The notes under the pieces were generated by a model that saw nothing but the letters and a program-made list of their open reading frames with translations, had not been told where the DNA came from and ran no database searches. Positions 15,965 through 25,444 of a stretch of 32,000 nucleotides of DNA are shown piece by piece. The position numbers were made by a program, and so were the translations under genes. This stretch comes from Candidatus Babelota bacterium (GTDB taxonomy: Bacteria > Babelota > Babeliae > Babelales > Vermiphilaceae): contig JBDHVY010000001.1 in assembly GCA_039809905.1 (NCBI GenBank), forward strand, positions 1,050,001 to 1,082,000. The letters are read 5' to 3'. Each line of letters starts with the position of its first letter. Within the stretch, counting starts at the first letter, position 1.

Positions 15965-18682
15965 ATGTTTTTTTTAGAGTTTTTAGAACAGTCATTTAAC
16001 AATTTTTCGTTTATATTCATTGCCACGAGTTTTTCTTTTTTATTAAAAAGTTACTTGTTGATTGTCTTAATTAGACATATGACACGTTCATCTGTTATTG
16101 GGAAACATATCTATTTTTTGTTTGCGATTATTATCGGCAATATGTTTTCTGATTTTGCCTGGATAATGAAACTTACAAAAATATTATTTTTACCTCAACT
16201 TGATTATCAGTTGGTTTTGTTTTTTGTTCGTATTGCTTGGGTTTTTTTCATTATACAATACCAGGCATTAGCATTATTTATTGAAAATTTGGTAATTCGC
16301 AAATATAGTCTTTCCCTTCGTCAACAATTATTTTTACTTACTAGCATTATATTGTGTGTAGCTTTTATAATTATTGCCATATTTAACTTTAATTGTTCTG
16401 ATCAAAGCCAACGCTTTTATTTTGAACCCTCTCTTCAAAATATTTCAATATTTTATGCGCTTTTTCCGTTAATATTGCCAAGTGTATACATTGTATTAAA
16501 AGAGATTAGATTTGGATCTTTGCCATTTATTTTAAAGAGACAGTTATCAATTTTAATGCAGAGTTTGATAATTCCATTATTGATAGCTGATTTTATACAA
16601 ATGTGTCCTTTTAAGATCCGGTCTTTGGAAATGTTGGCACACAATTACGCAGCTGTTGGCTTCACTACTATTTTATTGACCCTCGCTATTTATTTCTGCG
16701 CAAAAAAGATTTTTGGGCTACGTTTTTTGAACCTCAAAGATCATGTGCAGCAGCCGATGAATATCAATTTTGTTGATGATTTTAAAGGTGTGCTGGAGCG
16801 ATTGAGCCGTGTTACTAATTTCCGTGAACTTGGCCATATTACCCAAAATTTTTTTAAAGAAACATTTGAGATTCCCTTCAACAAAACTCATCTCTATTTA
16901 CGTCAAAAAGATTATGCAGAAAGTAAGATTCAAGATTGCATAATGGAAGATAGAACAGCTTCCTTGGTTGAAACTTTTTTGCTGACACATCCTACTGTTA
17001 TCGAATCAGTAGTCAAAGAAGGTAAAATTTTAATTTATGATGAGATTGATTTTACCCATTTTTATCATGCATGCGAGCAAAGTGAAATTGTTTTAAAATT
17101 TTTGAATATTATCAACGCCGATATATTTTTACCTATTTATGAAAAAGATAGATTAATAGCCTATATCATTGTTGAGAGACATGCGCGAACGGAAAAATTT
17201 TATAGTAATGTGGAAAGTGATGAATTAATAGTATTTGGTAGCTATTTGGGCAATATTATTAACTTATTACAAAATAAAAGTTTAGATATTCTCATTGAAC
17301 AAGAACAAAAATTACGTGGTGAATTGTATCAAAAACATCAAGAAATTGAACAATATAAAGAAAGTATACGATCATTTTTACGCAAAGGTAAAACAAAGCA
17401 TATTGGTATACTTTTTTATAAAAATAGGCAATTTGTGTATGTCAATCAGGCTGCAAAAGAATTAATCGATATTAATATTAATCAGCAACACAGACATCCT
17501 CTTGCGCAATCATTGAGGCAATTATCACAACAAGTTGAATCATTTAAGAGCCCAAAAACAATATTTTTTAAAAATGCAGCTGACGGAACATTGGTTATTT
17601 CCGCTGTTCCTCACTTAGAGAAAAACACTGTTATTATTACGGTGTCATATCCCTCTGTTTCTGATACTATCAAACATCATCTTGATTTATTAAAAGATCC
17701 CAGCGAATGGGATTATCTTCTTTATTTGCAAACAACCCAATCAGGCAAGCTTATTAACCAATTAATTCCGGGATCAGGAGCTGTATTTCTTAATTTTAAG
17801 ATACAATTATTGAAAATTGCGTTAAGTAAAAAAGCGATTTTATTAGATATGTCTGAGCAAGATGTTGAACCGATAGCAGAAATTTTACATCATATTAGTA
17901 TGCGTGATGATTTACATATCATGACTCTTCAGGGTCAATCACATAATAATGAGATAGCAATAGCATTGTTCGGGGTAAATCCCATTTTTGGTGTGCAAAT
18001 ACAACATACTCAAGCTTTACTTGAAAAATTAGATAATGTAGGAACCTTGTTCATCAAAAATATTCATTTTCTTGATATAGAAACGCAAGATTATTTGGCT
18101 ACATTTATCAAAACTGGTTTTTATAGCCAGTTTAAAGGCGATCAAAAGATTGCAAGTAATGTGCGCATTATTTGTTCAAGTAATAAAAATTTAGGCTTGT
18201 TGGCACAAGAAGGTAAATTTAGTAAGGCGCTCTTTCAAGAGTTAAAATCTACTCATATTTCTATGCCTTCATTGCTAACATTGCCAGAAGATGAACTACA
18301 CGAATTGACTGAAGGATTTACTGAGCAAGTGCTTATGTCCGATGCATTACATCAGGTACTTGCATTAAATGATAGAGAAAAAAATCTATTCAGCAGTGAT
18401 CGACCAGTGAGTTTACAGGAGTTGAAAACGCGAGTTCAACAAGTTCTTGTCAAAAAATCTAAAAAAAATCAAATCTATCAAGAGGTTTCCTTTGATCCTG
18501 CTTATGATATAACTGATCCTGATTTAGTGGAAGCTGTTCGACTTGGTAAAAAAGCATTACAAGAACCTCGAATTATGGTTCTTTTGTGGAATAAATTTAA
18601 AAACCAAAATAAAATCGCATCTTTTTTGGGCGTTAATCGATCTTCTGTGAATCGTCGCTGTAAAGAATATAATTTACTTTAA
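15965..18682 (+). CDS. Membrane-anchored signalling/regulatory protein: multi-TM N-terminus, GAF-like and PAS-like regions, degenerate sigma54-activator AAA-like region, C-terminal Fis-type HTH
   Basis: Multiple TM helices in the first ~240 aa; later ALFGVNPIFGVQ...LDNVGTLFIKNIHFLDIETQDYLATFI...NVRIICSSNKNLGLLAQEGKF matches the NtrC-family layout; C-terminus NKIASFLGVNRSSVNRRCKEYNLL. Confidence 0.65.
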   Translation: MFFLEFLEQSFNNFSFIFIATSFSFLLKSYLLIVLIRHMTRSSVIGKHIYFLFAIIIGNMFSDFAWIMKLTKILFLPQLDYQLVLFFVRIAWVFFIIQYQALALFIENLVIRKYSLSLRQQLFLLTSIILCVAFIIIAIFNFNCSDQSQRFYFEPSLQNISIFYALFPLILPSVYIVLKEIRFGSLPFILKRQLSILMQSLIIPLLIADFIQMCPFKIRSLEMLAHNYAAVGFTTILLTLAIYFCAKKIFGLRFLNLKDHVQQPMNINFVDDFKGVLERLSRVTNFRELGHITQNFFKETFEIPFNKTHLYLRQKDYAESKIQDCIMEDRTASLVETFLLTHPTVIESVVKEGKILIYDEIDFTHFYHACEQSEIVLKFLNIINADIFLPIYEKDRLIAYIIVERHARTEKFYSNVESDELIVFGSYLGNIINLLQNKSLDILIEQEQKLRGELYQKHQEIEQYKESIRSFLRKGKTKHIGILFYKNRQFVYVNQAAKELIDININQQHRHPLAQSLRQLSQQVESFKSPKTIFFKNAADGTLVISAVPHLEKNTVIITVSYPSVSDTIKHHLDLLKDPSEWDYLLYLQTTQSGKLINQLIPGSGAVFLNFKIQLLKIALSKKAILLDMSEQDVEPIAEILHHISMRDDLHIMTLQGQSHNNEIAIALFGVNPIFGVQIQHTQALLEKLDNVGTLFIKNIHFLDIETQDYLATFIKTGFYSQFKGDQKIASNVRIICSSNKNLGLLAQEGKFSKALFQELKSTHISMPSLLTLPEDELHELTEGFTEQVLMSDALHQVLALNDREKNLFSSDRPVSLQELKTRVQQVLVKKSKKNQIYQEVSFDPAYDITDPDLVEAVRLGKKALQEPRIMVLLWNKFKNQNKIASFLGVNRSSVNRRCKEYNLL

Positions 18683-18825
18683 CTCCAATCTTCATTACAT
18701 TGCGATTGGGGGCTCCGATAAGTAATAATGGAGCTCTAGCCTCATATTATACTTCGTTGCATATGGGACGAAACGGAATTGGGGATTAAAGCTGGGGAGC
18801 TACAAAGCTCGATAATATTATTTTT

Positions 18826-19758
18826 ATGGAGATTGGTGTGAAAATAGAAGAATTTGAACAGTACATGCAAGCATTTCTATTACATTTAAAGGCAGAACGA
18901 AATCTTTCGGAACACACAGTTCGCGCATATTTTTTAGATCTACAACAGTTTACAACTTTTTGGTCAGGTTTGGCTGATAATGATAAAAAAAATCTTGGAT
19001 TGCGACAAATTATTGAACGATATTTAGTTGCGCTTTTTTACAAAAAAATAAGTAAAAGTTCTATAGCCAGAAAATTTTCTTGTTTCACTTCATTTGAGAG
19101 ATTCTTAGAGCATCGTGGTATTGAATTGAATTTGAATCTTAAGCGTCCACGCATTGATAAAAAATTGCCTATTTATTTTAGTGTAGATGAATTGTTTCAC
19201 TTGCTTGATGCGCTACAAAATGAAGTTTTACCCACGCGTTCGCCAATACGTGATAAAACAATTTTTGAATTGTTATATGCTACAGGTGTTCGTTGTTCTG
19301 AGCTTGTTAATATTACTATTGAAGATATTGATATGCAGGCTAAAACAATTCGCATTTTTGGAAAAGGTAAAAAAGAACGTATAGTACTTTTTGGTGATAA
19401 AGCAAAAGAAAAAATTCTACAATATTATGCGATGGAACGGCCAGAAATACAGAGCTTCAAAGAAACATTGTTTCTCAATTATCGATATGAAAAATTAACA
19501 CAACGATCTGTGCAAAGAATTGTAAAAATGTTCCGATCGTTTTTGCCTATTGAGCGTCCCTTAACACCACATAAATTACGTCATTCATTTGCAACACACT
19601 TACTTAATCAGGGAGCTGACTTACGTGCGGTGCAGGAATTATTGGGGCATAAAACACTTGCTACAACGGAAAAATATACGCATGTTTCTCTGGAAAATCT
19701 TGCAAAATTATGTGAAGGTGTCCATCCGATTAATACTATGATTAATAAGAAGCAATAG
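18826..19758 (+). CDS. xerD: Tyrosine recombinase, XerC/XerD-like
   Basis: LLYATGVRCSELVNITIEDID, TPHKLRHSFATHLLNQGADLRAVQELLGHKTLATTEKYTHV, with R..HxxR..H/Y catalytic residues. Confidence 0.88.
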   Translation: MEIGVKIEEFEQYMQAFLLHLKAERNLSEHTVRAYFLDLQQFTTFWSGLADNDKKNLGLRQIIERYLVALFYKKISKSSIARKFSCFTSFERFLEHRGIELNLNLKRPRIDKKLPIYFSVDELFHLLDALQNEVLPTRSPIRDKTIFELLYATGVRCSELVNITIEDIDMQAKTIRIFGKGKKERIVLFGDKAKEKILQYYAMERPEIQSFKETLFLNYRYEKLTQRSVQRIVKMFRSFLPIERPLTPHKLRHSFATHLLNQGADLRAVQELLGHKTLATTEKYTHVSLENLAKLCEGVHPINTMINKKQ

Positions 19759-19759
19759 T

Positions 19760-21496
19760 ATGCATGTATCACATTCAATAATTAACCAAAAACTTACCTA
19801 TATCACGCTTGGTATGATTGGAATATGGATTATTATTGTTGTGCGTCTTATTTATTTACAAGTGTATTGCGGCGATTATTTTGCATCGCGTAGTCAAAAA
19901 AACTTTATTAGATATACCTCCACTCATTCTGCACGTGGAAATATTAAAGACATTCATGGTAATCTTTTAGCAACTAATAGACCAGTTACAACGATATACT
20001 GGCAAGGAAGTGGCAAAAGCAATTTATCTGAAGCGCAATTGGAATTACTTGCCATGATTGAACGTAATTCCGGTATTACGTTGACTTCAGGAGATATTTT
20101 TGCTGCGGTACTATCTCATGAAAAAAAAGGAAAAAAGACTGTTTTAATCAGAGATATTGATTTTGCAACATTGAGTAAGTTGGTAGAAACTTTTCCCAAT
20201 CATGAAAATATTATTATTGATACGCATTTTAAACGATTTTATCCTTATAATGCATGCTGTAGTCATCTTGTTGGTTATTTAGGAAATATTGGTGCACTTG
20301 CTCATGGACAATTTGGTTTAGAAAAATTGTGTGATGAAAATTTATCAGGAAAAAATGGATCGATACGCAATGTTGTCAATTCTGTGGGGCAATGTATATC
20401 GCATGTTGAACTTGAAAAAGCATTGATTGGCAACGATATCCACACAACAATTAATATTGATCTTCAGTTGTTGTGTGAAAAAGTATTTCCAGAAAAAAGG
20501 TCAGGAAGTTTTATTTTGTTAAATCCTGCCGATGGTGCAATTGTGTCATTGGTATCGCGTCCTCATTTTGATCCTAATATATTTCTTAATCCTATTTCAT
20601 ATGAAGCATGGCAAGAATTGCAGGAGAATAACCCGTTTCTCAATCGAGCATTTGATGCAAGTTATCCTGCAGGATCTATTTTTAAACTGGTGACCATTAG
20701 CGCTGCGCTTGAAACAGGTATTATTCCGGAAGATTCTTTATGGAATTGTAAAGGATATACCTTATTTGGCAAACGTAAATATTGGTGTGCACGCAGATCT
20801 GGTCATGGGGAAATATCGATAAAAAAAGCAGTAGCAGAATCATGCAATACACTTTTTTTTGAAATAGCAAAAAAGATTGATATCGATGTTCTTGCTGATT
20901 ATGCATATAAATTTGGTTTGGGAAAAAAAACAAATATTATTTTCCCTGAAAAAATTGGCCTCATCCCGAGCAGAGATTGGAAGTTTGATGTAAAAGGTGA
21001 GCGTTGGTGGCCGGGAGAAACACTATCTGTTGCCATTGGGCAAAGTTTTTTACTGGTGACGCCTATTCAAGTTGCATGCATGATAGCAAGTATTTTTACG
21101 GGATATTTAGTTTCACCACGTTTGCTTATTAATGAACCGGTTGTAACTACTCCGCTTGATATTAAGCCAGAAACGATCTCTTTTTTGCAAAAATCTATGA
21201 AATCTGTAGTAAAACGAGGAACGGGTAGATCAGTTCGGCATGTTAAAGATATGACAATCTATGCAAAAACAAGTACTGCTCAAACAAGTGATTTTAGTAA
21301 GCGTAAGTTAGATGAAAAATATTTAGAGCATGGATTGTTTGTTGGTCATTTTCAATACAAAGATTATGATCCATTGGTAATCGTTGTTCTTGTTGAGCGT
21401 GTGGGTGCAGCACAAGTTGCAACAACTATTGCAAAAAACTTCTTGCTTGAATATAAAAAATATATGGATGATAATAATTTTTTTAAAAATATATAG
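19760..21496 (+). CDS. mrdA: Class B penicillin-binding protein (PBP2/FtsI-like transpeptidase)
   Basis: N-terminal TM; RGNIKDIHGNLLATNRPV; SYPAGSIFKLVTISAAL (SxxK); ESCNTLFF (SxN); AKTSTAQ at the KTG position. PBP2 versus PBP3 not resolved. Confidence 0.8.
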   Translation: MHVSHSIINQKLTYITLGMIGIWIIIVVRLIYLQVYCGDYFASRSQKNFIRYTSTHSARGNIKDIHGNLLATNRPVTTIYWQGSGKSNLSEAQLELLAMIERNSGITLTSGDIFAAVLSHEKKGKKTVLIRDIDFATLSKLVETFPNHENIIIDTHFKRFYPYNACCSHLVGYLGNIGALAHGQFGLEKLCDENLSGKNGSIRNVVNSVGQCISHVELEKALIGNDIHTTINIDLQLLCEKVFPEKRSGSFILLNPADGAIVSLVSRPHFDPNIFLNPISYEAWQELQENNPFLNRAFDASYPAGSIFKLVTISAALETGIIPEDSLWNCKGYTLFGKRKYWCARRSGHGEISIKKAVAESCNTLFFEIAKKIDIDVLADYAYKFGLGKKTNIIFPEKIGLIPSRDWKFDVKGERWWPGETLSVAIGQSFLLVTPIQVACMIASIFTGYLVSPRLLINEPVVTTPLDIKPETISFLQKSMKSVVKRGTGRSVRHVKDMTIYAKTSTAQTSDFSKRKLDEKYLEHGLFVGHFQYKDYDPLVIVVLVERVGAAQVATTIAKNFLLEYKKYMDDNNFFKNI

Positions 21497-21507
21497 GGAA
21501 TTAGATA

Positions 21508-21915
21508 ATGAAAAAATATATGATGCTTGTTGCTATCTTTTTTTTATTTAATAGCGATATAAGTGCACAAAAAGGATCGATGCCTCAACTGAAAAGTGGT
21601 AAGTATGTTCAACGAGCAGTAGTAAGAAAATTATACACATCTTATTTTGCTTCATTACTATTAAGTGGATGTATAGGAGCTGCAACAGGTACGGCAGTAC
21701 GATATGTAGAAAAACAATTCAATCTTGAAGCATCTAAGGAATCACCGATGACATTACTTTTAATGTTATTTGGATGGGCACTTGAATCTGAATTGCGTAA
21801 TGATATTATAGTTGCTTTACAGAAAAATTTAGATGCGTACAATATTGGACATAAAAAAGGATTGATGTTCAAAAGTGCATGGATTTCATCATGGATGACA
21901 TATTTGAATATGTAG
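21508..21915 (+). CDS. Small predicted exported protein, unknown
   Basis: MKKYMMLVAIFFLFNSDISAQKG signal-like N-terminus; hydrophobic ASLLLSGCIGAATGTAVRYVEK. Confidence 0.5.
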   Translation: MKKYMMLVAIFFLFNSDISAQKGSMPQLKSGKYVQRAVVRKLYTSYFASLLLSGCIGAATGTAVRYVEKQFNLEASKESPMTLLLMLFGWALESELRNDIIVALQKNLDAYNIGHKKGLMFKSAWISSWMTYLNM

Positions 21916-21934
21916 TAATTGTATAATTTATGAA

Positions 21935-21977
21935 AACAAGCGCATAGAGCTTAAAGCTCTACGCGCTTGTTTGTTTT
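21935..21977. terminator. Terminator-like hairpin between convergent genes
   Basis: aacaagcgcatagagcttaaagctctacgcgcttgtt followed by tgttttt. Confidence 0.8.
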
Positions 21978-21997
21978 TTAATGTTTATGTAGTTTTT

Positions 21998-22648
21998 TTA
22001 TTGTTCATCAAAATCAAATAAAAGACCGAGTGATTCATAAGAAATATTATTTTCCATGATAGACATCACAATAAAATTTTGTAACATTTTTATTGGCGGT
22101 AAATTTGGATTAACAGCTTTTAATTCTGAAAAAGCTATAACTGCTCGGTTAAAATCTTTCATTTTACAAAAATATCTGACCAGTATCGATTGAAATGTTA
22201 TCAGTTCTGCAGTATGAAAATCAGATTTTTTTGGATAAAGAGTTGCTAAATCAAACTTGTAATCAAGTGCTGCAGCTGCTTCCATTATCTTATCTTCTTC
22301 AAGGCATAGTTGAACATAATCGCATCGTATCATGAGAAAATGAGGAAATCTGCGATAATTGTTTCTTATTATTTGATTAGCAAGATCATTGTTGTTAGTT
22401 CTCCTGTATGCATCAACGAGATGATAGGAGAGCATTGGTTCATCAGGATGCTTTTTTGTTAACGTAAGTAATAATTCAAGTGCCTTTTCTGAATCTGTTG
22501 TCAGAAGTTTTAATATTTCTGGATTTACGTTTTCTGCATCTGAAAAGTCGTTACTAAATAGAGCAGAATCATTTTCTACTATAGTGTATGGTAGAGTATG
22601 ATTTTGTGTGGTTGCTTGATTTTTATCAATATTCATATGAAGCCTCAT
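21998..22648 (-). CDS. TPR-like helical-repeat protein, unknown function
   Basis: KALELLLTLTKKHPDEPMLSYHLVDAYRRTNNNDLANQIIRNNYRRFPHFLMIRCDYVQLCLEEDKIMEAAAALDYKFDLATLYP; repeat-like spacing of helices. Confidence 0.55.
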   Translation of the reverse strand: MRLHMNIDKNQATTQNHTLPYTIVENDSALFSNDFSDAENVNPEILKLLTTDSEKALELLLTLTKKHPDEPMLSYHLVDAYRRTNNNDLANQIIRNNYRRFPHFLMIRCDYVQLCLEEDKIMEAAAALDYKFDLATLYPKKSDFHTAELITFQSILVRYFCKMKDFNRAVIAFSELKAVNPNLPPIKMLQNFIVMSIMENNISYESLGLLFDFDEQ

Positions 22649-22814
22649 TAAAAGTGGTTAATTATCAGCAACAGTATACTTCTTTTTAAGAAAAAAGCAG
22701 CAGATCATAATAATTGTTTTTATATCATCTTCTTGATTGCTCCAAATTGGCTATGATATATTAGAAATAAATAAATTAATAACAAGAAATTTAAGCATTA
22801 TGGAACTATACAAT

Positions 22815-24776
22815 ATGAAAATTATACGAGGTGCTTGCTTATTGTTGTTTAATTCTCTTTTTTTGATTGCTATGGATGCTCCAAAGCAACAATTAACAAC
22901 TCCTCTTTCTGCAGATGCATTGGTGAAAGTTGTCGTTGAAGGTAAGGAATCAGAACCGCTAGAACTGCAATGGCAGCAGGTAAAGTTGAGTGGATTAGGA
23001 AAAATGGTAGAGGATTTAGAATATAATACAAGTTTGCCTTTTCCTTTGCCTGCTGGTGTACCTCTTAATACTGCACAAATGATTTTTACTATGTTAAAGC
23101 CATATGCTGAAAGTTCATTGACAAATGAGGAGGACAGATTAAAAGAAAATCTTGATCCGCAATTAAAAAAATTATCTTTGAGTCAACTTGTTGAGATAGC
23201 TAATGGAGCAAATCTATTATCTGTTAATAAACCAATCTTGGAGCGTATTGGAGCTCGATGTACTAAGTTGATTACTACAGCACCTCATTTAAAAATTTCT
23301 GATTATGATGCAATAGATTCTATAAATACAGATTTTTTTAAAGTGGAGCTACCTATTAAACCAGAACCTATTATGGCCGATATTAAAGAACTATTCCTTA
23401 AAAAACAATTGAATTATGGAAAAAGAACAGAGTTTGATATTGGATTTGATCCTGTAATGGGACATTTTTATGAAGATAGTTCCATTGCTTTCGCAGGAAT
23501 GGTTGATAGAAAGACTTTTCAGCTAAGTATTTATAATGATAAAGGAAAAATGAGTTCACAAGAGTATTCTACTGAAGAAGCTGCTCTATGTGCGGCATTA
23601 ACAAAAGATGTTATGGCAATCCAACTGTATGATAATCAAGTCATTATAAAACAACGTTCAGGTGAAAAAAAAGCATGTCGCCTGAAATTTATTGATACTC
23701 GGTTGCGCAGATTAATCTTCAGTCCTAGCGGTAAATATTTAATATCTTTTGACCTTAATGATAAAGTGTATCTATGCGATATAGATTCTATTGATTGGTC
23801 AAAAGATTCAAACCTAAAAGCCACTAAAATAGGTGTAATCGATATGAAGTCAAAATTAGATCATATCGATGCAATTTTTTTTACTTCCGATACGGATATT
23901 TTAATAGCTGGCACACAAAAAATGGATTCTAAATTGTTGCGATGCATCACATCTATAGGAGAACCCTTAAGATTGGTTATGAGAGAGGCAGTCGTTATAC
24001 ATACGGCTTTGCATGAAGCTAGAGAGATTGTTTTTAGTGATGATGGAAAATATCTTTTAGATTGTTATTGGAATCCATATGGATTGAATCCTTCGTATGT
24101 GATGGTTGTGTATGATATTGAGAACAACAAAGCAGGAAAGGAATTTACAATTGAAGGGTTTGAAAAGCATTATATTATTTCAATGTGTTTCAATAGAGAT
24201 AATAGTTTAATAGCCTGTGGTGGTGATATCAAAGATGGTATAATTAAGATATATGATGTAGCAACAGGAGCTTTAGTGCATTCTTTTTCAGGATTAGCTC
24301 TAAATAAGATGATGCAATTTAGTTCTAAAGATAGAAAGATGATGAGTGTTAATGGTAAAAAATTTGCTGTATGGGATGTTTTCACTAAAGATTATTTTTC
24401 AGCAATCAAGAATATTGAAGGATATGATTATGATCGGAACAAAAGAAAATTAACTTTTTTATATCGCTTTTTATCGTTCTTAAAAAATAAAAAGAAGATG
24501 GATCTTGAAGAAGGCGATTTACAGCAATTCAATTTACTGCATGATAATGTAAAATCATTATTAAATTACATTAAGGAACCATCCCAGGAGACAAAACCAT
24601 CGTATTCCTATCAATCGGCATGGCAAGAAAGATGGCAACAGTTTCAGAGCAAATATCTTAATACTCCCGGCAGAAAAGCAATGATTTTCTATGGGGCTTT
24701 GGTTACTAGTGCTTCTGCCATAGGTTATGCACTATATAAATACCTGACATCTACGTCTGCGACTGCAAAAGATTAG
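22815..24776 (+). CDS. Predicted exported protein with Skp1/BTB-like N-terminal domain, beta-propeller-like (WD40-like) body and C-terminal TM (ORF open from 22737)
   Basis: Signal MKIIRGACLLLFNSLFLIAMDA; LVKVVVEGKESEPLELQWQQVKLSGLGKMVEDL...LSLSQLVEIANGANLLSVNKPILERIGARC; blade-like strings FSPSGKYLISFDLNDKVYLCDI, FSDDGKYLLDCYW, FNRDNSLIACGGDIKDGIIKIYDVATG, FSSKDRKMMSVNGKKFAVWDV; C-terminal TM GRKAMIFYGALVTSASAIGYALY. Confidence 0.6.
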   Translation: MKIIRGACLLLFNSLFLIAMDAPKQQLTTPLSADALVKVVVEGKESEPLELQWQQVKLSGLGKMVEDLEYNTSLPFPLPAGVPLNTAQMIFTMLKPYAESSLTNEEDRLKENLDPQLKKLSLSQLVEIANGANLLSVNKPILERIGARCTKLITTAPHLKISDYDAIDSINTDFFKVELPIKPEPIMADIKELFLKKQLNYGKRTEFDIGFDPVMGHFYEDSSIAFAGMVDRKTFQLSIYNDKGKMSSQEYSTEEAALCAALTKDVMAIQLYDNQVIIKQRSGEKKACRLKFIDTRLRRLIFSPSGKYLISFDLNDKVYLCDIDSIDWSKDSNLKATKIGVIDMKSKLDHIDAIFFTSDTDILIAGTQKMDSKLLRCITSIGEPLRLVMREAVVIHTALHEAREIVFSDDGKYLLDCYWNPYGLNPSYVMVVYDIENNKAGKEFTIEGFEKHYIISMCFNRDNSLIACGGDIKDGIIKIYDVATGALVHSFSGLALNKMMQFSSKDRKMMSVNGKKFAVWDVFTKDYFSAIKNIEGYDYDRNKRKLTFLYRFLSFLKNKKKMDLEEGDLQQFNLLHDNVKSLLNYIKEPSQETKPSYSYQSAWQERWQQFQSKYLNTPGRKAMIFYGALVTSASAIGYALYKYLTSTSATAKD

Positions 24777-24800
24777 ATATCATAGTTCTAAAATGAATGT

Positions 24801-24846
24801 AAAAAGATCCCCTGTTTGTAAATTACAAAGGGGGATCTAAATTTTT
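24801..24846. terminator. Bidirectional terminator-like hairpin between convergent genes
   Basis: aaaaagatccccTGTTTGTaaattACAAAgggggatctaaattttt. Confidence 0.8.
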
Positions 24847-24872
24847 AAGCAAATAAGCAAGAACCGATAATT

Positions 24873-25145
24873 TTAGGCGGTTCTTGTAGCAGCTGCAACT
24901 TTTTTAGCTAATAAGCTAATTTTGCGAGCGGCGGTATTTGGATGTAATACACCTTTACCTTTTGCGCGAGCAATTTTGCTTTCTGCTTCAATAAGTAAAG
25001 CTTTTGAAGATTCAAGATCATTCATTTCAATAGCCGCAACAACTTTTTTGATTGCAGTTTTGAGAGAAGATTTTCTTGCTTGGTTGCGAAGCTGGCGTTT
25101 TGTTGTTTGTAAAACGCGTTTTTTTGCAGATTTAATATTTGGCAT
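24873..25145 (-). CDS. rpsT: 30S ribosomal protein S20
   Basis: MPNIKSAKKRVLQTTKRQLRNQARKSSLKTAIKKVV...GVLHPNTAARKISLLAKKV. Confidence 0.96.
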   Translation of the reverse strand: MPNIKSAKKRVLQTTKRQLRNQARKSSLKTAIKKVVAAIEMNDLESSKALLIEAESKIARAKGKGVLHPNTAARKISLLAKKVAAATRTA

Positions 25146-25169
25146 AATCGATTAATCCTGATCTTAAAA

Positions 25170-25373
25170 TTAAATAATTTTTTTAATTTTGCCTGCTTTT
25201 ACACATTTTGTGCAGACTTTTCCGCGATGAACATGATTTTGAGCATCACCGGTAATGGTGTAGCGTGCAGTATGTACGTTTGGGTACACCCAACGTTTTA
25301 CTCTATTGTTTGCGTTACTTACTAAATTTGCTACCTGTGGGCCCTTTGAGCACACTGAACAGATTCTTGACAT
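25170..25373 (-). CDS. rpmB: 50S ribosomal protein L28 (CxxC-containing form)
   Basis: MSRICSVCSKGPQVANLVSNANNRVKRWVYPNV...KVCTKCVKAGKIKK. Confidence 0.95.
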   Translation of the reverse strand: MSRICSVCSKGPQVANLVSNANNRVKRWVYPNVHTARYTITGDAQNHVHRGKVCTKCVKAGKIKKII

Positions 25374-25444
25374 GATGGGACCTTCTTTTAAAGCCTATTT
25401 ATATACTTTTAACATAACAAAAAGATAAATTTTTACAAGACCGT

